A stretch of DNA of 64,000 bases. Source: Candidatus Micrarchaeia archaeon (GTDB taxonomy: Archaea; Micrarchaeota; Micrarchaeia; Burarchaeales; JAVZCV01). The notes beneath the pieces were generated by a model, which made no database searches, was not told where the DNA came from, and worked only from the letters and a program-made list of their open reading frames with translations. Both the position numbers and the translations under genes were made by a program. The stretch covers positions 6,452-70,451 of the forward strand of contig JAVZCV010000001.1 of NCBI GenBank assembly GCA_038874215.1, written 5' to 3'. Numbering within the stretch: the stretch's first letter is position 1; every line of letters begins with the position of its first letter. Positions 1-8,876 of this stretch are shown here, in pieces.

Positions 1-492
1 TGTTATAAAATCTATCAGAATAAAGGTAGTTGTAAGGAAGAAAAGAAACAAGAAAACAAAGTAGAAAGCCTGCTTTCTATTTTTAAATAGTAGGGATACG
101 AAAATTCCGACGGGTGCTGCAAGGGCAGTTTGTTTTGTATAAAAAGCGGTTAGAAAAACGGGGATGGCAAGCATATACTTCTCATGCAAGGATAAGTGTA
201 TACCGAGAAGGGATAGGAGGAGGGCAAGCATATCCGGTCTGAATTGTGGACCCCACCATAAAACATGCGGCAAAGAAAAAAACAATAAGGATGAAAAAGC
301 CGCCGTCCTTCTGTCACCAGTTTTTGTTTTTATTATTAGATATAGAAGAAAACCTGATATTAGAGATGAAAGGAAGGAGAGTATTCTTCCCGCAGAAAGT
401 GATAAGCCGAGGACTTTTATGCTAAACGCCGCCAATATGAAATAAAGGGGTGTGTAGAGCATTACTCTAAAAGGGTACTCATGTATTTCCAT
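1..492 (-). CDS. Partial (3' end outside window) polytopic membrane protein, possibly PMT/ArnT-like glycosyltransferase; not in the ORF track because it runs off the window edge
   Basis: The minus strand is open from the ATG (plus 'cat' at 490-492) to position 1 with no stop. The translation MEIHEYPFRVMLYTPLYFILAAFSIKVLGLSLSAGRILSFLSSLISGFLLYLII... is hydrophobic and multi-helical, and sits next to a Dpm1-like GT2 gene. Confidence 0.4.
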   Translation of the reverse strand, partial: MEIHEYPFRVMLYTPLYFILAAFSIKVLGLSLSAGRILSFLSSLISGFLLYLIIKTKTGDRRTAAFSSLLFFSLPHVLWWGPQFRPDMLALLLSLLGIHLSLHEKYMLAIPVFLTAFYTKQTALAAPVGIFVSLLFKNRKQAFYFVFLFLFFLTTTFILIDFIT

Positions 493-658
493 GTAAATGG
501 GTTTTCGTTCTAAAAACCTGTATGCGCTGTTGAGGTTTATCCCTTCAACATAATCAAGAGGACATTGGTGGAGTAGGAAAATTAGGGAGCTCGCATTGAA
601 AAGAATAAAAGAAATGAATAAGATAAAAAACAGTAAATTGTTCAGAGTGGGGGGGTTT

Positions 659-1369
659 TTATTTTCCAAGAAGCCTCAACTCCACGAAAAGTTTTAGTAG
701 ATAGAAGGCGGTCGCCGGTATATCTTGTATGTAGCTGAAATTTGTATGCCTGCCTGCTGTCCATTTTATCGGTATCTCCACTATTTTCATGCCTGCTCTT
801 CGTGCTCTTATGAAGACTTCGGCGTCCCAAGCAAGACCGTTGTTCTTTTCCAGACCCATTTCGGTTATTATTTTTAATATCGCATCTCTTTTGAAGGCCT
901 TGAAACCGCATACGTGGTCTGTGAGATTTGTGGAGAAGAGAAATGCAACTATCTTGTTGTAAACATAGCTAATGAATTTTCGCTGGATGCTCCGTTTTAC
1001 AACAGAACCTTTTAACCATCTGCTACCCGTAGCTATGTCGGCTCCGTTCTTTATAGCCGAGACGAGAGTACCGAAATCGGATAGGTCGGTAGAGAGGTCA
1101 GCATCCATAAAAACCACTATTTCGCCATGGGTAGTGGGGATAACCTTGTTCAAGATTTTTCTTCTCGTTCTTTGCTCGTCGTTATTGAAGACGTATGTTC
1201 TTTGCCCAGCGTGCATTTTCGCAATCTCGGCGGTTCTGTCTGTGGAACCGTCGTTCGCTATTATGAGCTCGTATTCATAGCCGTTGCTTTCCAGGTAGGA
1301 TTGGATGTGGTCAATAGTAGTACCGATTATTTTTTCCTCGTTATAAGCTGGGATTATAACGCTTATCAT
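659..1369 (-). CDS. Family-2 glycosyltransferase, dolichyl-phosphate mannose/glucose synthase-like
   Basis: N-terminal VIIPAYNEE, the DxD-type motif FMDADLS, and overall GT2 (Dpm1/AglD-like) architecture. Confidence 0.8.
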   Translation of the reverse strand: MISVIIPAYNEEKIIGTTIDHIQSYLESNGYEYELIIANDGSTDRTAEIAKMHAGQRTYVFNNDEQRTRRKILNKVIPTTHGEIVVFMDADLSTDLSDFGTLVSAIKNGADIATGSRWLKGSVVKRSIQRKFISYVYNKIVAFLFSTNLTDHVCGFKAFKRDAILKIITEMGLEKNNGLAWDAEVFIRARRAGMKIVEIPIKWTAGRHTNFSYIQDIPATAFYLLKLFVELRLLGK

Positions 1370-1436
1370 ATCAACCCGCGATGGCGTTCATCAGATAACA
1401 CTTAAAATTCTTAGTAGTATAAAATAATAAAAAGCT

Positions 1437-1621
1437 GCCCTGATAGCTCAGTTGGTAGAGCGACTGGCTGTTAAACTTTGTAAAAAGTTTAACTAAAACG
1501 GGTACAGAAACCAGTAGGTCGGAGGTTCAAGATGAGGGCGGCGCTCTGCTCCTCCCTCATTCACCCAACCCCAAAATAAAGCTCTTGGCACGGTTGGGCT
1601 GTGAAAATCCTCCTCAGGGCG
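1437..1621 (+). tRNA. tRNA-Asn(GTT) with two introns: a canonical 37/38 intron of about 36 nt and a T-loop intron of about 76 nt
   Basis: Acceptor GCCCTGA pairs with TCAGGGC plus discriminator G. D-arm is GCTC-AGTTGGTA-GAGC. Anticodon stem ACTGG/CCAGT with loop CTGTTA|A (anticodon GTT), interrupted at 1474-1509. T-stem GGAGG (1521-1525) and CCTCC (1609-1613) flank TTCAA[intron 1531-1606]AT. No encoded CCA. Confidence 0.6.
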
Positions 1622-1628
1622 CTTTGAA

Positions 1629-2480
1629 TTAAAATGATTCGTGAGAGGACGCAGGGGTATTGTCCGAATACCCATCAAAGCCTTTGCTACTTTTTTGCGT
1701 ATTTATAAAGCCTTTCATCGCTTCCAGAACCTCTATTGGTATAAGGAACACTATCGTATTGCTTTGGTCAGCAGATACGTCGGCAAGAGTCTGCAAAGTC
1801 CTGAGATGAAGAGCGCCAGGCACCTGCGAGAGAGTCGTAGCTGCATCTGCGAGGTTCTGCGCTGCTGCTTTTTCGCCGCTACTAATTATTATGGTCGCAC
1901 GCCTCTCACGCTCGGCTTCTGCCTGTCTCGCCATAGCTCGTTTCATGTCTGCTGGAAGCTCAATGTCCTGCACTTTTATACCCGTGATATCAACGCCCCA
2001 TTCAGTTGTTTCTTTGTCAACAAGCATCTTAATTTCATTTGCAACTTCCTCGCGGTTTGATAGGATAACGTCAAGTTCTTTGTTTCCAATCACATCACGA
2101 AGCGCAGTTTGGGCATACATTGAAACCGAATTCTTGTAGTCCTGTATTTTGAGAATGGCTTTCTCCACATCCTCAACACGGAAGAAAACAACGCCATTCA
2201 CCATTACGGGTACATTGTCCTTAGTCATAACCTCTTGTTTGGGGATGTCAATAGACAGGATACGGGTGTCTATTTTGCGCATTTCCTGCAAAAAAGGTAT
2301 TATGAAATGCAGGCCTGGATCAGCAATTCTCTGAAACTTGCCCAGAGTAAATACGATGCCTTTTTCGTACTGCATCACAATCCGTACGAATAATGGGATG
2401 ACAATAGTAAGGACAAAGAGGACAAACGGCAAGATGCCACAACAGAGGGAATCAGAAAGCGAGAATATCATTATGATCAC
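1629..2480 (-). CDS. SPFH/band-7 (stomatin/prohibitin-like) membrane protein
   Basis: N-terminal transmembrane segment followed by an SPFH core (…VMVNGVVFFRVEDVEKAI… DITGIKVQDIELPADMKRAMARQAEAERERRA…). Confidence 0.8.
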   Translation of the reverse strand: MIIMIFSLSDSLCCGILPFVLFVLTIVIPLFVRIVMQYEKGIVFTLGKFQRIADPGLHFIIPFLQEMRKIDTRILSIDIPKQEVMTKDNVPVMVNGVVFFRVEDVEKAILKIQDYKNSVSMYAQTALRDVIGNKELDVILSNREEVANEIKMLVDKETTEWGVDITGIKVQDIELPADMKRAMARQAEAERERRATIIISSGEKAAAQNLADAATTLSQVPGALHLRTLQTLADVSADQSNTIVFLIPIEVLEAMKGFINTQKSSKGFDGYSDNTPASSHESF

Positions 2481-2522
2481 CGTAATTTATCGATGAATTA
2501 TTAAATAAAAATTTTTGGTGAG

Positions 2523-3341
2523 TTAGGAGTGATAGGATAACAGCTCTACAAGCCGTATAAAAACTCTCTCTGGGAGAACTCTGCGCATAAGTAGAAGGAG
2601 AGTCGTGTCGATGCCTACAGGATAGCGCAATCGCCAGTTTTTATCATTAGCCGCGCGAAATATCGTTTTTGCGACGTCGCGCGGGTGGGAGGAACCCCAC
2701 GTATACTTGCCTATTCGTTTAATTCTTTTTTCTAAAAGATTTTCGTATTGTGGTATGTTGCATTTTACAAAATCCATTGAGTTATGGAAGTTTGTTCTTG
2801 CCAGGCCCGGTTCTACTATTTTTACACGTATGTTAAATGGCTTCAATTCAAAGTAGAGGGATTCACTTAAACCCTCAACCGCCCATTTCGTGCTGTAGTA
2901 AAGGCTTAGGAAAGGCGCTACTGCCGCCATGCCGCCAACAGATGATACCATTATGATTGTGCCATCCCCTCGTTCTCTCATGCGGGGGATAACCTCGCGT
3001 GTAACCGCCATAAGCCCAAATAGGTTGGTTTCAAACTGTTTTCTTATCTGTTCTTCGGTTGCGGCTTCAAAAGGACCGAAAACAGCATAGCCCGCATTAT
3101 TTACTATTGTGTCTATCCTACCGTAGGTTTCTATTGTATATTTGACAGCATCCCGTATTGATTTCTTATCAGTAACGTCTAGGGGAATTATTTCTATGTT
3201 TGGCTTATTGTTAAGCCCATGGTCTCGGCTTTTAGGATTGCGCATCGTTGCGAGCACATTCCAGCCTTTTTCTGAAAAATAGAGAGCTGTTTCTCTTCCT
3301 ATTCCTGATGATGAGCCAGTAATCATAACTGTTTTTTTCAT
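2523..3341 (-). CDS. Short-chain dehydrogenase/reductase (SDR)
   Basis: TGSSSGIGRETA Rossmann motif and NNAG; length typical of a classical SDR. Confidence 0.8.
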   Translation of the reverse strand: MKKTVMITGSSSGIGRETALYFSEKGWNVLATMRNPKSRDHGLNNKPNIEIIPLDVTDKKSIRDAVKYTIETYGRIDTIVNNAGYAVFGPFEAATEEQIRKQFETNLFGLMAVTREVIPRMRERGDGTIIMVSSVGGMAAVAPFLSLYYSTKWAVEGLSESLYFELKPFNIRVKIVEPGLARTNFHNSMDFVKCNIPQYENLLEKRIKRIGKYTWGSSHPRDVAKTIFRAANDKNWRLRYPVGIDTTLLLLMRRVLPERVFIRLVELLSYHS

Positions 3342-3389
3342 AAGTTAATGTAGACCGTAAGATTTAAAGTTTGGTGATAGTGCGGGTTG

Positions 3390-3695
3390 CTACTGACGGC
3401 AGGAATCTTCAACCCATTTAGAGAACTCGCGGCTTGCAGTAACAGGTATGAATATTATGGCGGGTAGTTGGTAGGGATGCAGTTGTTTTAATCTATTTTC
3501 CACCAATGCTTTTTTATTGCGCGAGGTTTTGCAGAGAAGCACAAACTCTGGCTCACGTTTTAGCTTTTTCTCCCAGACATATAGTGAAGTGATTTCAAAG
3601 ATGTTTGCACACGCAACCATCTTTTCTTTAAGAAGCTGTTGGGCGATTTTCTCCGCATCCCTTCTTTTTGGAAGTGTTGTATAGACGAGTAGCAT
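3390..3695 (-). CDS. cutA: CutA1 divalent-cation tolerance protein (start placed at the internal Met)
   Basis: The 101-aa C-terminal part MLLVYTTLPKRRDAEKIAQQLLKEKMVACANI… matches the CutA fold pattern. The upstream part of the ORF overlaps the divergent HAD gene, so the internal start is preferred. Confidence 0.6.
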   Translation of the reverse strand: MLLVYTTLPKRRDAEKIAQQLLKEKMVACANIFEITSLYVWEKKLKREPEFVLLCKTSRNKKALVENRLKQLHPYQLPAIIFIPVTASREFSKWVEDSCRQ

Positions 3696-3748
3696 AAACC
3701 GATATAGATTTTGTTTATTAAATTTTCTCCGTGAGCTAATAGGTTTGG

Positions 3749-4531
3749 GTGGTGTATTGCATGGATTCGCCGTTGAGAAAGTTTTCGGGTATAATATTGG
3801 ATCTGGATGGGGTAGTTTATCGCGGTAACACGCCCGTGAAGGGAGTGCCCGATGCAATAAACAAAGCGATTAGGGATGGTAAAGAGGTTTTTTTCTTAAC
3901 GAACTTATCGGCTCGCACAAGGCGCCAGTATGCAATAAAACTGCGACGCATGGGGGTAGAAGCAAGCGAGAATCAAATATACAGCTCTGCTTATGGAGCG
4001 GCATCTTATATAACTTCTATTAAGAGGAATCCAAGAGTTTTTGTTGTTGGGGAAGACGGATTGAAGAAAGAGCTTATGAAAGCAGGGGCGGTGATGTGCA
4101 AGGAGAAAACTGATTTTGTGGTAGTTGGGCTTGACAGAAAGCTGACTTATGAAAAGTTGAGGATTGCGATGGGGGAGATAAGGAGGGGAGCGCGTTTTGT
4201 GGCAACGAACACAGATCCGACTTACCCAATAGAGAATGGGCTGATACCCGGTGCGGGTGCGGTTGTTAGCGCTGTAGAAACCTGCGCAGGAATGAAGCCC
4301 GAGCTCATAGCGGGAAAACCCAACACGTTTTTGATTAACCTTATAATTAAGAAAAGCGGTCTGAAGAAGAGCGAATGCATTATGGTTGGGGATAGGATTG
4401 GGAGCGATGTGATTGCGGGAAAAAGGGCAGGTATCTCAACTATGCTCGTCTTTAGCGGAATTGACACAAGAGATGCTCTCCACAAATCCAAGATAAAACC
4501 CGATTATGTTGCTGAGAGAGTATACTATTGA
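3749..4531 (+). CDS. HAD-superfamily subfamily IIA hydrolase (NagD/PNPase-like)
   Basis: Motif I ILDLDGVVY, followed by a cap domain and the C-terminal motif GDRIGSDVIAGKRAG. Confidence 0.75.
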   Translation: MVYCMDSPLRKFSGIILDLDGVVYRGNTPVKGVPDAINKAIRDGKEVFFLTNLSARTRRQYAIKLRRMGVEASENQIYSSAYGAASYITSIKRNPRVFVVGEDGLKKELMKAGAVMCKEKTDFVVVGLDRKLTYEKLRIAMGEIRRGARFVATNTDPTYPIENGLIPGAGAVVSAVETCAGMKPELIAGKPNTFLINLIIKKSGLKKSECIMVGDRIGSDVIAGKRAGISTMLVFSGIDTRDALHKSKIKPDYVAERVYY

Positions 4532-4535
4532 GGGA

Positions 4536-4949
4536 TTAGCCTGCCTTGAGCTCCTTCAGCTTCTCTTCTAGAGCCTGAAGTTGTTTGTTCATCTTTTCTA
4601 TTCCCCTTCTTATGCCCGCTATCTCAAATGAAATTGTTTGAAGATAGACCTTGTCGGGTATTTTCGGTTTTGGGAGTTCTATTATTGTACCTACGGATTT
4701 AGGTTCCGTAGGCTCCGCGCTAATTGCGGCTTTATCAGTAGGGGTTTTTGGTTGCTCTTTCGCCTCTTTTTTAAGAGCTTTTTTCGCTTCTTTAACCCAT
4801 TTTCGTATTATTTTAAAGGAGGAGTACTTGTGCTTGCCTGTCTTTTTGCCTATAAGTTCCCTAAGAAGTTTTAACTTTTCAAGATTTATCGTTTCGCCTT
4901 CCCATTCCTTTAGCTTCGCCTTAACGAGAGGTAAGATTTCATCTTCCAT
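4536..4949 (-). CDS. Hypothetical lysine-rich coiled-coil protein
   Basis: ORF of 137 aa with a KEAKKALKKEAKEQPK tail; last gene of the co-directional XPF cassette. Confidence 0.4.
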   Translation of the reverse strand: MEDEILPLVKAKLKEWEGETINLEKLKLLRELIGKKTGKHKYSSFKIIRKWVKEAKKALKKEAKEQPKTPTDKAAISAEPTEPKSVGTIIELPKPKIPDKVYLQTISFEIAGIRRGIEKMNKQLQALEEKLKELKAG

Positions 4950-5017
4950 TCGCCCACCTTCCGACTACTGCGTATATCCAACCATGGTCTTTTTAATCAA
5001 TTATGCATCTTATCCTT

Positions 5018-5719
5018 TTATAACTTCTGTTTTTCATCGGCTTCTATATATTCGCAAGTAAGCAGACGGCGTATGAGCTTCGCACGCTTTCTCCCCAGGC
5101 CGTCAACCGCCATAAGCTCTTTCTCGCTTGCCTTGAATATATTTTCAACAGTGCCGAAATGCATGAGGAGCTTCCGAGCGAGGGTTGGACCGACTAAAGG
5201 CAACCCCTCAACTATCATCTGCTGGTATTGAGGGATGGTAAGAGCTTTCTTATCCCCACGTAATCTGACGGGTGTGCGCTTTTCAGTCTGCTCTCTCTTC
5301 GCTATGGCAAACAAAAGTTCGGCTGTTCTTTCCGTATTTCTTGTGAAAATTAGTGATACCCCGATATCAACAATCATTGCTGAAAGAGCACCGAGAAGAG
5401 CGTTTCTGCTCAAACGATTTTCAAATTTTTCTCCCTCTACAACGAGGATTACGCAATCAAAGTTGGATTTTAGGCGCGTCAATTGTTCAAAAATCCTACC
5501 GTCTATTATTGATGATTCAAAGTCTTCTCGTGTTTTCCTCTCAACCGCTACTCTTTCGGAGAGCAGATAATCGCCAGCGGGGAGGCTTTCGGATTTTACG
5601 ACTGCACCCCCAGCAACCAACATGTCTTTGATTTCCTGCGGCTCCCGAACATCCATAAGGATTGTTATCTGAGGTGGATTATCTCCGATAAACCTTTGTA
5701 GGCATGTTTGTTTTGACAT
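5018..5719 (-). CDS. xpf: Short XPF/ERCC4-type structure-specific endonuclease (nuclease domain plus HhH2, no helicase domain)
   Basis: ERCC4 motifs (…ERKTREDFESSIIDGRIFEQ…, VILVVEG) and a C-terminal HhH2 (LPLVGPTLARKLLMHFGTVENIFKASEKELMAVDGLG). At 233 aa it is the crenarchaeal-type short form. Confidence 0.75.
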   Translation of the reverse strand: MSKQTCLQRFIGDNPPQITILMDVREPQEIKDMLVAGGAVVKSESLPAGDYLLSERVAVERKTREDFESSIIDGRIFEQLTRLKSNFDCVILVVEGEKFENRLSRNALLGALSAMIVDIGVSLIFTRNTERTAELLFAIAKREQTEKRTPVRLRGDKKALTIPQYQQMIVEGLPLVGPTLARKLLMHFGTVENIFKASEKELMAVDGLGRKRAKLIRRLLTCEYIEADEKQKL

Positions 5720-6468
5720 TATCTAACCCCAAGCATGTATTTTTGTATTTCTTCAAAACTTATGCTACAACCAGCGAATTTTAAGCGATAGAGCGAAGCT
5801 TCTATTATTTCGCGCGCAAGGTCCCCATAATCATCAAAGAAACCATGCTCGTATGCAACAATCAAAAGCTCGCTACTGCGGAATATGTTAATATCGCCAA
5901 ACTCCCTTTGGAATTTCCTCAGGTTCTCATGGTTGATTTGCACTTTATGCCCAAATTCTTTTTCTAGGTGTTCGGCAAGGCTGTAGGGGTCTTCTACAAG
6001 TATCCGCGTTGTACGCTCGTCCATGAGTATGTTTTTTGTGCCGATTATGCGGGAAAGCGCAAGCATCTCCCCCTCGCCTTTATGAAGAATCTTCATCGGC
6101 TTCCCTTTTATGAAGAATATTCGGTTGGCAACATCAACTACCTTACTGGTGGCACGCTGAATTTCTGGGTGCTCAACAACATGAATTGCTCCGCTGTCAA
6201 GCGCTTTTTTAAGCCGAATTGCACTCAGCGCATATTCTTTTATTTCTCTTGGATGCTCTATGCATTCGTAGAGAACGCTCTTGGGTATCAGCAGCCTACC
6301 CTGCAGATACTCTGGAATTTTCATTATTAGCTCTGTGAAGCATGCCTCTGTCAGCGAGATGAGTGAGCTTGAGTCGCATACTACATCGTAATCTCGCCAT
6401 GGCATGTATTTTTGAAGTTTTTCCGTTTGGTTTTGAAAGCTATTTCTTTCTAAATAGTTCTCGGACAT
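5719..6468 (-). CDS. Hypothetical PIN/NYN-like nuclease-fold protein with a C-terminal extension
   Basis: N-terminal DYDVVCDSSSLISL (PIN strand 1 with Asp) and later GEGEMLALSRIIG…ILMDE, consistent with a PIN-like acidic quartet. Its stop overlaps the xpf start. Confidence 0.35.
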   Translation of the reverse strand: MSENYLERNSFQNQTEKLQKYMPWRDYDVVCDSSSLISLTEACFTELIMKIPEYLQGRLLIPKSVLYECIEHPREIKEYALSAIRLKKALDSGAIHVVEHPEIQRATSKVVDVANRIFFIKGKPMKILHKGEGEMLALSRIIGTKNILMDERTTRILVEDPYSLAEHLEKEFGHKVQINHENLRKFQREFGDINIFRSSELLIVAYEHGFFDDYGDLAREIIEASLYRLKFAGCSISFEEIQKYMLGVR

Positions 6469-7033
6469 TTTTCAGCCTCTCATCAATTGTTTTTTCGGTT
6501 TTAACCCTATCGGGAATCATTGTTTTGCCGACATAATCAAGGATATCCCTTCTGCTTACGCCGCTTATCTCAGAAGCATAGCCAAGGGAGAAACCTTGCG
6601 CATATATCGTAGATGCGAGTTTAAGTCTTGCCTTATCAAAAATTATACGGATATAGCGCCTGTCAGCGCTCTCCATCTTTGTTGCGGCTTCTGTTATCTC
6701 CTTTATCGCCCTATTGTATTCGTTCATTTCGTTGGTTTTAAGTGCCTGTGCAACGCGATCCAGGTTATCCTCTAAAATCGGGGCGAATTTTTTTATGTGG
6801 ATATCACGATAGCGCGGTTTTTCTATCAACTTCGCAAGGGCGTATGAAATTAGCGCCATATCAAGCAGAATGGGATTGTTGGTTAAAACGAGCTCTTTTG
6901 TGCATTCGTTGTGTATTTTGCGCAACTTGTGAATCTTGCCTTTTTTGAAAGCATTTTTTATACGCAATACTATATCTATGATTTCTTCAGTTTGCGGCAT
7001 AAAAAAAGTTTGCTTGAGAGTTTTAATAAGCAT
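6440..7033 (-). CDS. Hypothetical protein, first gene of the XPF cassette
   Basis: ORF of 197 aa that overlaps the downstream PIN-like gene by 29 nt. A possible HTH-like segment is LGYASEISGVSRRDILDYV. Confidence 0.35.
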   Translation of the reverse strand: MLIKTLKQTFFMPQTEEIIDIVLRIKNAFKKGKIHKLRKIHNECTKELVLTNNPILLDMALISYALAKLIEKPRYRDIHIKKFAPILEDNLDRVAQALKTNEMNEYNRAIKEITEAATKMESADRRYIRIIFDKARLKLASTIYAQGFSLGYASEISGVSRRDILDYVGKTMIPDRVKTEKTIDERLKNVRELFRKK

Positions 7034-7154
7034 TGCCCAATGAGCGGCTTTTGCGTAGGGAGGTTATAGTTTTTGGCCGTTGCATGCTCGGAAAGCGCAT
7101 CTCGTAGCAACGTCGTGATTTCTTTTCAAATTTTTCACGTCGTAAAAACAAAGG

Positions 7155-7162
7155 TTTATATA
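7155..7162 (+). promoter_or_regulatory. Candidate archaeal TATA box (tttatata) with an A-rich BRE-like stretch upstream, about 31 nt before the ATG at 7193
   Basis: aaacaaaggTTTATATAtccc lies in an AT-rich intergenic region, which would give a near-leaderless transcript. Confidence 0.3.
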
Positions 7163-7192
7163 TCCCTCTGTATATCTAAATCATGTCATGAT

Positions 7193-7720
7193 ATGATCAT
7201 GACTTTATCAAGTGATTATATGACGCATGTAGACATAGATGACTTTGCGGTTGACCCTGAAATAAAGGAGCTTACAGATGTATCAGCAGAGTTTAAGAAA
7301 AACATCCTTAAGCTGAAGGATCCCACTGTTATGTCATCACTTGTTCATAAAGCTCTAAGCGAAAGAAAAAGGACAAACATGCTTCTAGAAAGAATAAGCA
7401 AACAACTTGCCAAAATAGACGACATAGAGAGAAGGCTAGCGGCTCTTGAAGAGAAGTTTGGGGTAAAATCGCGTGGCAGAATAATACTATCAGATATTGA
7501 CGAGAAGATAGTGGATATAATAAGGAAAGCGGACCGCGTATGCGCTGAGGACATACAAAAAGCCTTCAACTACCGTGGAAAGAATGCGGCGAGCGCAAGG
7601 CTTAATTCACTCTACCAGATGGGTTTGCTTGACAAACAGCAGGTTGGTAAGAAGGTGTATTACTTCCTGCGGGATAACGAAGCAAGCAGGTATGAAGTAG
7701 AGGAGATGATAAGGCGGTAG
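7193..7720 (+). CDS. Putative winged-helix DNA-binding protein (start placed at the internal Met after the TATA box)
   Basis: The C-terminus DIDEKIVDIIRKADRVCAEDIQKAFNYRGKNAASARLNSLYQMGLLDKQQVGKKVYYF resembles a wHTH (TrmB/MarR-like). The upstream part of the track ORF precedes the promoter. Confidence 0.45.
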   Translation: MIMTLSSDYMTHVDIDDFAVDPEIKELTDVSAEFKKNILKLKDPTVMSSLVHKALSERKRTNMLLERISKQLAKIDDIERRLAALEEKFGVKSRGRIILSDIDEKIVDIIRKADRVCAEDIQKAFNYRGKNAASARLNSLYQMGLLDKQQVGKKVYYFLRDNEASRYEVEEMIRR

Positions 7721-7883
7721 GTTGCCACGATGTGGCAATCATTATGCTCCAGCATGAAGCGCTGGCAAGGCGACCATGGTTCTCGCTTTGCCGAGAACCA
7801 ATTATCGTTGTGGGGCAGAGGGTGGTTCGGCCATAATTCACCTCCCACGTGTGGTATTCCCCACCCCTCCCCCATGTTATTTT

Positions 7884-8876
7884 TTATTTGATTATAACTA
7901 GGTCTTCGTAGCGGATTCCGTATTTTTCGCAATAAAAAGCTGGTTCAAGCGATATGGTATTCCCGCTTTTCAATATGTGCTTGCTATTTAGCCCCACATA
8001 GGGATACTCATGAACATCAAGCCCTATGCCGTGCCCCTGCGAATGTATCATCTTTTGCATCACCACCCCAACCACAGACGTATCAATGAAATTTGCAAGC
8101 GTGCGTGCCCGCATGTTTTTCTTAGAAAATTCTTTTGCGCGCTCAAATATCCCCTTGAGCTTTACGTACTGCTCTTTTTTTTCTCCACTTTCAAAAAAGA
8201 AGCAACGGGTTATGTCGGAGCAGTAGTCTTCGTATTTTATCCCTAAATCTACAAGAACCATTTTATCAATTTTCTTTTTGCTTGCTTCAGCGTGCGGAAA
8301 GCGGGAACGCTCGTCAGCCGCAATTATTGGCTCAAAGGCGGGCTCAAGTCCTTCTTCAATAAGCAGACGAAGCAGGTCTTTCCTAACTTCAAGCTCAGAC
8401 TTGCCTTTTTTTATGTCTATTTCATCCATTAGATTGCGGGCGATCTGATAGGCTTTTCTAATTTTTGAAATTTCTTCTTCTGTTTTAACCGCCCGCAGGG
8501 ACAGGAGCAAATCCGTTATGCTGCGGGTTTTTATTTTGAGCGAGTAAAGCATATGCAGCAATGAAGCCGTAGCGTAGGCCATGTTCAAGCCTACCTTTTT
8601 GCCTTTGAGTATTTCTTTGAGTAGCTTGGGGACATCGCCCCTTTTATCGTATATCCATATATCCGCAAGTGCTCCAATTCTTTCTTTAGCCTCCGCAAGA
8701 TTCATCCTGCTCACTATGACGCTTATGCTATTTTCGCAAAACAGGAATAGGGAGTTGCGCATGCTCACTCCAGAAAGGTATATTGTGTTCGGGTCGCAGT
8801 GATCGCCATTCTCAATAAGTATCACATCAATATCAGATGATGACAGTAGTGAGCGTATCTTAGTTATTTTGCTCAT
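7884..8876 (-). CDS. M24-family metallopeptidase (Xaa-Pro aminopeptidase/prolidase-like)
   Basis: GHGIGLDVHEYP and the 'pita-bread' metal-ligand pattern. Overlaps the smc stop by 4 nt, suggesting an operon. Confidence 0.8.
   Translation of the reverse strand: MSKITKIRSLLSSSDIDVILIENGDHCDPNTIYLSGVSMRNSLFLFCENSISVIVSRMNLAEAKERIGALADIWIYDKRGDVPKLLKEILKGKKVGLNMAYATASLLHMLYSLKIKTRSITDLLLSLRAVKTEEEISKIRKAYQIARNLMDEIDIKKGKSELEVRKDLLRLLIEEGLEPAFEPIIAADERSRFPHAEASKKKIDKMVLVDLGIKYEDYCSDITRCFFFESGEKKEQYVKLKGIFERAKEFSKKNMRARTLANFIDTSVVGVVMQKMIHSQGHGIGLDVHEYPYVGLNSKHILKSGNTISLEPAFYCEKYGIRYEDLVIIK

Noticed and set aside
164-445. Track ORF 164..445 (+), 93 aa
   Set aside because: It overlaps antisense a long stop-free minus-strand frame encoding a convincing polytopic membrane protein (1..492). 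The plus ORF itself is low complexity (RRDRRRASISG…).
642-911. Track ORF 642..911 (-), 89 aa
   Set aside because: Alternate frame entirely inside the GT2 gene 659..1369; no motif support.
1493-1678. Track ORF 1493..1678 (-)
   Set aside because: Lies across the intron-containing tRNA-Asn; the RNA gene explains the sequence.
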